From: Mytilus trossulus
Taxonomy: Eukaryota
Direction of reading: 5' to 3'
NCBI RefSeq assembly: GCF_036588685.1
Contig: NC_086379.1
Span: 62,992,001-63,056,000 of the forward strand
DNA: 64,000 bases
Shown: positions 40,701-64,000 of the stretch, one piece after another
Layout of the letters: each line of letters begins with the position of its first letter
Position numbering within the stretch: the stretch's first letter is position 1
The notes under the pieces: generated by a model
Seen by the model: only the letters and a program-made list of their open reading frames with translations
What the model was told of the DNA's origin: nothing
The model's database searches: none
Program-made: the position numbers and the translations under genes

Positions 40701-42154
40701 GCTAAACTTCTTGTAAACACTTGACACAACCATTTTTCCACCTTCAATACAGAAGAGAGTTCAAGTGCTGCCATTGGTCAAGATTGATGATGTTGGAAAA
40801 AGCATGACTTTTATTTGCCGGTACATGAACTGTAGATGGCACAGCATTGTCTGATTGTATCACAGATTTTGGCAAAATCTGCAAAGGGTAGAGATTTGTA
40901 CTAATATGAGCAACATGATACATTGTACATGTAGGTTCCACTTGTGGAGTAGGATCTAATTCGCTTCTTTAGCACAGGAGATCACCCAAGCTGTTGGTGA
41001 GGTTTGTGTTGATCAGTCTATATAGCTTCATTTTTAAGTTCTGTTGTTTTGTATATGGATTTATGTTGCTTGTTCATTGCTTGCCATGGCATTGTCAATT
41101 TGTTCTTATTAAACTTACATGAGTTTGGATATACCCAGAGTTCAATATAATTGCTATGCAAGTAAAATCTGGTGCGGGCAAGTTAAACCCATGACATAGA
41201 TGTTGGGCAGGCAAGTTGAAATATTGTGCGTGTGTATAACTAAGTCAGACATTGATTTCTGTCAGGTGTCACCGTGTGTGTTTGAGAATGTTCAGTCACA
41301 ACTGCATAGACATATCCACCCATTTTTAAATGGGGGTTCCCAACACATACAGAAAGGGAGGGTGGGTTCCAACTATATGTCCCCATTCGAAATGCATTGA
41401 TCGTCCAAAAAAAGGGGGGTACAACCCCTTGAACATCCCCCTTCTGCATCCGCTACTGTGAAAGGAAGTCAGATACCACAATCCAAACAGAAAGGGTTTT
41501 GCAAACAAGTTGTGGTTGAAATACAAATGAAAGGAGAGAATTTTTGACGACTGGGTGAATTTCTACATTCTCTAAATGTACATCTGAAATTTGATTTTCT
41601 TCTTTTCTTTTAAAGTTTTTGTTTTAAAAAAATTGGTTTATACATTTGTAAAAGCTTGGTCTAGAATTTAGGATTTGGATTTCAGTTTATCCAGAGCTTC
41701 TAGGGCCTTCATCTGCCTGCCAGCCGTAATTGCAACCAGCTTTGCTCATATGACATCAGCGCATATGTTGGAATACATGTATAAATAAACTACTGTTGTG
41801 CTATTGCAAGACCTGGAACAGATTCATGTTTTAAAATAGAATAATATTCAAACAAAACAAAAATACTCAGAAAAAGAAAGGACAAAGGTGGGTTCTTTGA
41901 CAATGATTAGTTTTTGAAATCTTTTTACCCCACTTTGATTTGGCAGCATCTACTACTTTGTCCCTCATACTCCACAACCGTTCAGCATACAGATGAGCAT
42001 ACTGTCTTGAAAAGTTTTTAGATTTCACTCGAAATCTTTCCGACAAATCTTCATATTTACAATCAGATCGAACATAATCTGCATCAGATGATTCTGTCGG
42101 TTCAGTCAGTAGTTTTCCAACATTTGTAGTGCCTTTTTCGGGATTAAACAACAT
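25626..42154 (-). CDS. POLD2: DNA polymerase delta subunit 2 (p50), complete 10-exon CDS, 472 aa; join(41929-42154, 38586-38707, 36586-36709, 36162-36282, 32629-32824, 29781-29861, 29271-29428, 27733-27860, 26819-26920, 25626-25786)
   Basis: Manual translation gives conserved POLD2 motifs ([74 protein letters not shown]). All introns are GT-AG with consistent phases, and exon lengths sum to 1419 nt. Confidence 0.97.
26819..26920 (-). CDS. POLD2: POLD2 coding exon 9 ([34 protein letters not shown])
   Basis: AG/GT bounded, 102 nt. Confidence 0.96.
27353..27660 (+). mobile_element. HINE-like element (ACAAGAATGTGTCC... family)
   Basis: 5' ACAAGAATGTGTCC..GGATGCCCCAC, (GACG/GAAC)n microsatellite, 3' ATGCCCC..GGGGCAT hairpin; relatives at ~22920-23165 and 57024-57655. 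Confidence 0.7.
27733..27860 (-). CDS. POLD2: POLD2 coding exon 8 (VLGTSGQPV...[13 protein letters not shown])
   Basis: AG/GT bounded, 128 nt. Confidence 0.96.
28583..29315. repeat. Minisatellite, 14 units of mostly 51/54 bp, derived from the POLD2 exon 7-intron 7 junction
   Basis: Unit on + strand CTGACTCC(TT)CTACATGACAATCATATGGATTTGTGACTGTTTTAACAATTTAC; produces the repetitive + strand ORFs 28810-29166 and 29141-29359. Confidence 0.97.
29271..29428 (-). CDS. POLD2: POLD2 coding exon 7 ([25 protein letters not shown]...[13 protein letters not shown])
   Basis: AG/GT bounded, 158 nt. Its 3' end is the first unit of the minisatellite at 28583-29315. Confidence 0.95.
29781..29861 (-). CDS. POLD2: POLD2 coding exon 6 ([27 protein letters not shown])
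   Basis: AG/GT bounded, 81 nt, close match to the conserved [15 protein letters not shown] segment. Confidence 0.96.
30577..32537. mobile_element. Second copy of the 37172-37807 MITE, interrupted by a HINE-like element
   Basis: 30577-31221 is collinear with 37172-37775; the right TIR resumes at 32506-32537. Confidence 0.78.
31222..32507 (+). mobile_element. HINE-like element with two ~540 bp internal repeats, nested in a MITE
   Basis: 5' ACTAGAGGCTCTAAAGAGC; (GACG)n; 3' hairpin GCTCACTTGGCCC-TTCG-GGCCCGGTGAGC; internal duplication of ~31440-31925 and ~31950-32420. Confidence 0.72.
32629..32824 (-). CDS. POLD2: POLD2 coding exon 5 ([12 protein letters not shown]...[10 protein letters not shown]...ESLQK)
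   Basis: Lies within ORF 32554-32868; AG/GT bounded, 196 nt. Confidence 0.96.
33470..36079. mobile_element. 2.6 kb non-autonomous TIR element (Tc1/mariner-like, TA target duplication) in POLD2 intron 4
   Basis: ~46 bp TIRs CAGTACGGGTAGGGACTTATTTTTATGGATG(T/C)CTTAATCCGTCTAG; TA at 33468-33469 and 36080-36081; splits an older repeat; no transposase ORF. Confidence 0.88.
36162..36282 (-). CDS. POLD2: POLD2 coding exon 4 (VIVALYG...[10 protein letters not shown]...EHDR)
   Basis: AG/GT bounded, 121 nt. Confidence 0.94.
36586..36709 (-). CDS. POLD2: POLD2 coding exon 3 (HNLMPQP...[12 protein letters not shown]...SVTG)
   Basis: AG/GT bounded, 124 nt, LEDELQRI motif. Confidence 0.95.
37172..37807. 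mobile_element. MITE with CAGTCAGG..GTACTACTTGTACAAGTTATTTTT TIRs
   Basis: Inverted termini; a second copy lies at 30577-32537, interrupted by 31222-32507. Confidence 0.8.
38586..38707 (-). CDS. POLD2: POLD2 coding exon 2 ([40 protein letters not shown])
   Basis: AG/GT bounded, 122 nt, frame continuous with exons 1 and 3. Confidence 0.95.
39342..40540 (+). mobile_element. Decayed Tc1-family DNA transposon in POLD2 intron 1
   Basis: TIRs TACTGAGTGCCAATGAAAACGCAACA at both ends, embedded in (TA)n. C-terminal remnant [22 protein letters not shown] at ~40230-40320. Confidence 0.88.
41929..42154 (-). CDS. POLD2: POLD2 coding exon 1 (MLFNPEK...KSKWG)
   Basis: ATG at 42154-42152; [13 protein letters not shown] motif; GT donor at 41928. 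Confidence 0.93.
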
Positions 42155-42197
42155 TTTCAACTGTGCATAAGAAAAACAACTAAAGAAACTGAAAACA

Positions 42198-42205
42198 TTC
42201 CCGCC
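42198..42205 (-). promoter_or_regulatory. E2F-type motif GGCGGGAA just upstream of the POLD2 start
   Basis: TTCCCGCC on the + strand, ~45 bp upstream of the ATG, in a small GC-rich patch. E2F control of replication genes is established. Confidence 0.5.
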
Positions 42206-42671
42206 AGCGGAACTCTTTAACGTGAAGGTAAATTCTTTGCATGATTTGACAAAATAGTCAAAAAAAAAGTGCGGCAAATCATGGAACGCAACGTCCCAAA
42301 ATTATTTTTTCTATTTTCAGGATTATTTTACACCTTCTAATAATTTATAATTGAAAACTAGCTGCAACTTTATATGCATAACTTTCTTTGGAGGTACATG
42401 TATATAGGTATATTTTTTTCAAAGTCAGGATACTTCATATACAAGATTTATTAAGCATGTTGCCTTTATATAGTAATAATTACATTAGATGTAAGTTTCA
42501 TTATAATACGTTATTCTGATTGGCTAACATGTTATTCCATAAACAATTGCATCAGACAATAACATTTATCATGCATGATGACACGAGGTCCCACAAAAAA
42601 GTGCACAGGTGAATTAAATTAAACTGGAAAAAAATCGTGTTTTCATGATTTTAGCTAAAAAAATGTAATTA

Positions 42672-42830
42672 TAAGTATTGAATACTTCTTTTTGAAACTT
42701 TATAGGGTTGTAAAAGCGTTATCCGTGCGTACATTTTTAGAATGAAGCGCTTCCGCGCTTCATACAAAATGTACTTCGGTCAACGCTTTTACCACCCAAT
42801 AAATTTACAAAAAGAAGCATTCAATTCTTA
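42672..42830. repeat. Long imperfect palindrome within a repeat upstream of POLD2
   Basis: Arms ...TTGAATACTTCTTTT...TAAAAGCGTT..GTACATTTT..ATGAAGCGC / GCGCTTCAT..AAAATGTAC..AACGCTTTTA..AAAAGAAGCATTCAA. Confidence 0.75.
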
Positions 42831-42989
42831 AATAAAGTTTACACTTTTATAGAACAAATTGATAGCTATAGCAATTTCTCTCAGTAAAAGTTAAACATAC
42901 TCTGTAAATGTTTCATTGTTTTTATTAAAACTACATTTGATATATATCCATTGAATGTTAATAATATGAGGCAGGCATTACCTGTAAAT

Positions 42990-43445
42990 GGGGACGAAGT
43001 CTGTATGAATTATTTTTTTGTAACTTAAATATTTGTTAAAAAAAAAAGAAACGGAAATACCGTAACGTTTCCGATTTTGGTTCTGTTGTTAGGGATTTTA
43101 GTTGTGACGTTATTTAAGTTATGACGTCATATGCAATGTAAACAAAGAAACGCTATCATCAGGTAACGTTTTTTTATATCAAGGAATTATTAATAATGAA
43201 ATTGGTATTGCGTTCCTTCCTATTTTATACTAGACTGATAAATATATATTTTACTCAAAGTTTCATACAAACGAGACCGGAAAAAGGAAGTTCATTGTAG
43301 ATTTCTGCGCAGATGCGGAAATCTCAAAACATGACATCAAAAAAAAATTCCCGATTTTGAGTTCATTAGTACAATGAAAATTTCGGGAAAATTTTCCTGA
43401 TTTTTTTTTATTGATTTTTCTACCGTTATTGGGGACTTCGTCCCT
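42990..43445. mobile_element. MITE with GGGACGAAGTC inverted termini
   Basis: GGGGACGAAGTC at 42990 and GACTTCGTCCCT at 43434-43445. Confidence 0.6.
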
Positions 43446-46400
43446 ATATTAAGATTCCATTTAGCTTCCTTTCATTTTTTATTTTTTATTTTGATGATTT
43501 TGTTTCATAGAAAACTGTCTAAAAGATACAATTAAAATGATATCTGAAATAAACAGAATACAGGATATCAGTCAGGTTGTTGTCTCTTTGACACACTCCC
43601 CTTTTCCATTCTCAATTTTAACTTTAACAGCATATGGTCTAGATAGTCAAATAGCAGCTTTTGTGCATATGTAAAAGTGGTTTATTCCCAACATTTTGTG
43701 TGTTATTAGTCAGTTATTAGGGTTTTTTTAGTTGTTGGTAATTTGTGTGGTCTTTTGTGCTGCCCAATATTTTAGGGGCTTCCTGATATTGAATATTTCT
43801 TTGCCTTATATAAATCAAAACAGAATACAAATTGTTTATGTTTTATTTTTGTGCCTTTATGCATGTCAAAATTTAAACAAATATATCAATACAAAGAAGA
43901 AAGAATAGTTCAATTCTGTGTTCAAAATCATAAATAAACTCATGATTGTTGTTAACATCAAATTCACATTCCTTTAAAAAAATTTACCCCTGTTCTTCAC
44001 ATATTATCAATTGAACTAGTATATGTTTATAGCCAAACTTAAGAGAAAAAAAACTTTATGAGGAAATATGAAAATTAAAAAAAAGCTGTCGCTTAAATCA
44101 ATTCTTCTGTTGTCAGGTTAAAGAAAGCAAAAACTTTGTGTCTTATGTATAAAGTAGAGATCCATCAAAACAAGATAATTCCAAACATTGAAAAGAAATT
44201 AGTTCATTTTGAATTTTGAAAAACTGCACCTTAGAATTACTATTCATAGACCTATAATTTTATTTGCAGGTTTTCAAAGGATGAAACATAAGGAGAAAAA
44301 GCAATATGTTTACCTTACATGTTTTGTAGTTTTGTTTAACATGTTCAATCAATTTACAAAACTGTTATTCTGATAACATAAAAAGACTTATTTTCTCAAT
44401 AATAGAATCAGGAGAAACGATATTTTTATATTTACAGTAAACAATACCTTTAAAGAAATGTACAACTATAAAGAATAAATAATTTCATTGCAAAGAAGTT
44501 GATTTTACAAAATTTAAAGAGAGAGAAAAACCCACATCTTTTATAATCTTAATACATTTGTCTTCCACACACATATACACACCAATTATTCTTAAAGGAA
44601 GACCATTCAAAGTTAATATTTCCAGAGTTAATTTAGAGACAATTTTTGTGTTACCAAGCTTCTAAAATGTGCATCTAAAATAAAGATTCAATATTTCTTA
44701 AAAAATATTTTGCCTTCAGCTGACATGTTTTCAACATACTTATCAATCAAAATATAACATCAAACAAATCCTATTCAATTTTTTTGAAAAATACATTTTA
44801 CTTGTTAATTCAACAACACATTATACACTAGAGTAAAGGGAGTTTCTTCAATGATCAAGTTCTTTTTAACAAAATATTCACTATTAATAAAACATTACTG
44901 ATGAACTTTTTTGACTTCATCTCTATGACACCATAACTTTATAATCTGATAAATAGCAAATATTAAATATTACATCTTAATGCAACTTTCGATTCTTTAT
45001 GCAGTTTATACAATAGTGAAAACAATAATGCTGGCAGTTATTTTGTCTTCTATTAATAAAATATGAAAATAAAAAGAAGCAAGCAGTTAAGTCATTTCAT
45101 TTAAATGTGACAAGCAAAAAACAAGAAAAAAAAACAAAGGCTAAAAAATAACAGATGAAGACAAACCAAGCCTAAATATCAACATATGTAATAAAACATT
45201 GAATGAATGTCCCTAACCGTGACGATGAATACATGATAATGATATAGGTATATACAAATAAATTATCAATGTACAATGTCTATTATAAATGTGATCTGAT
45301 AAAAATTTACTTATATATATGTTATAAGATTCCAGATGATAAATTAAAATCAATCATCATATTTTGTGAGGTTTTCCCTTTTCTTAAATCAACTTCTGTG
45401 TAAATATTGTTATAACGACAGATCTTTTAGCTTTGAAATTGGTTTCATGATCAGTTGAAACCATAAATAATTTTAAACCTTAAAAATATTCAAATTTTCT
45501 GAAATTCTATTTATTTATGGAACTGAAATCACAAATTATTAAGTCTTAAGATACTTTAATAACTAAAATTCACAAAATAACCGATATTCATGATATATAA
45601 ATATCGTTATCATATTTTGCAGTAATACATTTGACACCAGATTGTAGATAGAAAACTATTGTACTCCTTCCTTTCTAACACCCAATCACAATAAGAGAAG
45701 GGACCATGGCAAGGCATGATTATAAAACAAATGAAAGCTACAGAGATCACAACCAATTATCGCATTATTGTTAATTCACATTATCATTGATCTATATCTA
45801 TCATATATATATATATTGTTATTTCACATTATATCGGTAAATTTTTCATCTTTCATTACTTTCAATTTTTTTCTTAATCATTTCACTGAATTTAACAATG
45901 AAATAATCCTAAGAACTATATCTCATACTACATTGTACAGAAAAACTGTGAATTAAAAGGTTGTTTTTTTCCATCAGAAAATTCCTATGATTATCTCCCT
46001 TATGACTAAATTCTTTAAGCCTGTAGCGTTTATATTCTTTAACTCTCTAAATATAAAGTTCTTACTGATTTTCAACTACATTTGTACTACATTACCACCA
46101 ATTTCTTTACGGTGGTACATAACACTACAGAGAGATAACTCTGAAAAATCAGTTCGACGTTTTAATATCATTCTATAGTTAGGAAATGTTTAGCGTCTCA
46201 ATGATCATAATAAGTGTTAGTCAAACTGCTCTATATCAAATGAATTTTCCAATAAAGTGTGTGATTCAATTTTGTTTAATCTTTTTTTTTTGTCAAAGGG
46301 TCAAAGTGAATATTTAGTCAAAATTCTTTGAAAATTAAAGCAGCCTAATTAATTTTAGTCCAGGTGTTTGGTACCATCTTTAACATTATTGAGACTACAA

Positions 46401-48162
46401 ATCATAATCAGACATTGAAAACTGATATGAATCGACAGCTCTGTAATAGTTCTTTCTAGTAACATCACTATAATTCTACCATATAACAAACTAATGATAC
46501 AAATATAAACAAACATAACTGAGTATAACAATTAACATGAGGCAGAGTTTTCTTATAATATTGCAACTGTCTCCATTGTGTAACAAAAATAACAAAAAAA
46601 ACACAATTATGGTTTTATCCTATATACTAAACTAATTCTAACAGTCAGCAGTTATTAACAGAAAACTTATCACTACACCAAATTTCTGGGTTAAATTATT
46701 TTATATTGTTAACCTCACAGTCATTTTTGAACTTCAGAGTGCCAAAAACAATAAGATAATCCCCAGCTGTTTCTTGAAGGTCATTAAGAACTTTTTTCCA
46801 TGACATACAAGTAGTGATTTCTGGACGTTTAATACATGTGTTATCCCCAATTAACTACATTTTTTCCATTTTGTGGTGGAAATATGGGTAATTCTTCCAT
46901 TAAATAACAAACAATTAGAAATAAATGTACCTGAAATATGCAAGATAGATAAATAGCATACAAAAATCTTTTACTTTATTGGAAAAAAATTAACAGTTTT
47001 TACATCAACTCAAACCAAATAAAAAAGTGAACAGAACTTTCAATGTTATACCCCCATTTGAAAGATTTTACAAATTCCATGCTTTGCTATGGGGAAACTC
47101 CCAGAAATCATTCTGATAAAAATAAACTGTTGACACATAGATATACCTCTACTGTATGTTATTTTGATAATACAATGTATAATGCAAATGTTGAAATCAA
47201 AATGGCAGTACCTTAATATGTGCCCTATGCAAATTATTCAGGGTCAATGAACAATGATCAAAGATGCAACACCAAATAATCTCTGTGGAAATGAGAAAGG
47301 AATGCTCTTTACATCTGTATACAAAATATTATTGACTTCTCAAAAGTGGTTTCATTTAAATTGACCTAAACAAAATTTTAACAATGCAAATGTTAACTAT
47401 GCAAAAGTTTCAAAGCCAATGGACCATAAATTAGATGGCAAGGCCAATTAATCTCCATTGTTATGAGATGTGCAATCCTACTATCATTACAGTATTACCA
47501 AATATTTTTGACCTACCACTTCTTAAGCTGACCAAATCATAAACCCATGCATTGTTGACAATGCAGCCAACAGCACACCTTACTCTGGCCTCAGCAATTT
47601 GTTTGAGTGAGACAAAATGTTAGTGAACAATGCCATAAGGTTCTCACTGGCACATATATTTATTCATATCAGACTGATCAGACTGACATAATATATGGCC
47701 CCACAAGAAGAATAAAATAAAATTAGCACTATCCTGTATTAGCAATATACTGCACATTTCTCAATTTAGATCAAATTCTTTCACTGAGGCAATATTAAGT
47801 TAGGATATAACTTTTATACATTCAAGTATTTAATTATCACAAAATTGAAAATATGTCCAAGGTATTTAACTTTAAAGCTTAAAAAATCAAACTCTGGCAA
47901 GAAGACATTTATCTTAATATCATTCATTAACCGGGAAGCAGAGATCAGGAATGAAATTCATGGTTTTAGTAGCAACTTTAAAATTATGTACAGGTTTCCA
48001 GTTTGGTGTTGACTTTTTTAAAATGCAACATAAATATAATGAGTTTTAAAACACCAAACAGTTACTGTAACTGAAAATACATTCAACACAAGTCCAAATC
48101 ATACACAGAATAAAAATTAAACCTAAAATCTGATGTGTGAATGTCATTTTACATGAATGTCA

Positions 48163-63130
<14,968 letters not shown>

Positions 63131-64000
63131 CTGAAATGGATAACACAATAAAATTCAAATTTTGTTAAGTTGAAATAAATCTTTTATTTATATAATTTTT
63201 AGAGAAAGCAAAACATGTTTGTCTTCAGATTTTAATTTGTTTTATTATAATATTAATCCCAATATGTATTACAACTTAATTATTATTACATGTACAAACT
63301 GCCTAATCTAAACCTTAATTTTGTATAAAAATCAATGGATCTTTATCACTTGTGTTATATTATAATGTCAACCCCATCTAAGGATTCTTTTTAGTTCCTG
63401 TTCACAATATTACATGTTAAGCATTTAAGCTAGTAAAGGGTATATTTTCAAAAACAATCATTCACAACTTATAAAATACACAGCAACATTTAGTTAGAGG
63501 GAGACATTTAGTGAAAAAAGGACATTAAAATTTGATGTCTTATTTACTTAAAAGATAGAGTACTTATGTACATTATGGAACAATACATATCTGAGGGGCT
63601 TGCTTGTGCAAGTTGCTTTAGCGGAGCAACATTTCAGCTTTTTTCCATAATAGAATAGTACCTCTTTCCTCCATTGAAATTTTTGTTTTGCATACTTCAT
63701 TCGCATAGGATTTTTCAACAAAATATTGAAAATATGCTTTGAAGTATTAATGCATTGTGAAAAACAAATATTCCATCAAATGAATTTTAGTCAAATATTA
63801 TTATGAATATCCTTTTCATTTTCAATACAAATTTTATTAAGTCTGATGCAGACACTTTTAGTCAAAGCGTTTCAACTGAGGTACTACACAGGCGTCAAAA
63901 GGAGTCATTATGGAGTAAAGGGGGTGGCGTCAATAGGCCTCATTATGGAGGAAAGGGTTAACGTCAAAATTCACTTTCTTCATCAAGGTCAATGTACCTT

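Noticed and set aside
42155-42277. 41 aa N-terminal extension of POLD2 shown in the ORF track
   Set aside because: It starts at a non-ATG codon and has no POLD2 similarity; the first ATG is at 42154.
63600-63700. ISMEERGTILLWKK as NudE first coding exon
   Set aside because: Only vague similarity, an in-frame stop follows, and I found no phase-compatible donor. The true exon probably lies beyond the window.

Overview
AT-rich animal genomic DNA with spliceosomal introns. The repeat families suggest a bivalve, probably a Mytilus mussel; this is inference, not a database result. There are two spliced housekeeping genes on the minus strand. POLD2 (DNA polymerase delta subunit 2) is complete, with 10 coding exons at 25626-42154 (1419 nt, 472 aa). 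A NudE/NDE1-NDEL1 orthologue shows 8 coding exons at 48163-63130; its first coding exon was not found and probably lies beyond 64000. The first ~25.5 kb has no intact gene. It reads as a tandem array of about 7 badly decayed, apparently intronless LRR+TIR (Toll-like receptor) copies on the minus strand, riddled with repeats. Mobile and repeat content includes type I hammerhead-ribozyme (retrozyme-like) repeats with one intact ribozyme at 16135-16178, a Penelope-like RT remnant, Tc1 remnants, TA-flanked and other MITEs, Helentron/HINE-like elements and a tRNA-derived SINE whose empty pre-insertion site sits next to it. The most unusual structure is a minisatellite made of 14 copies of the POLD2 exon-7 end plus its splice donor, in which every distal donor lies behind an in-frame stop.
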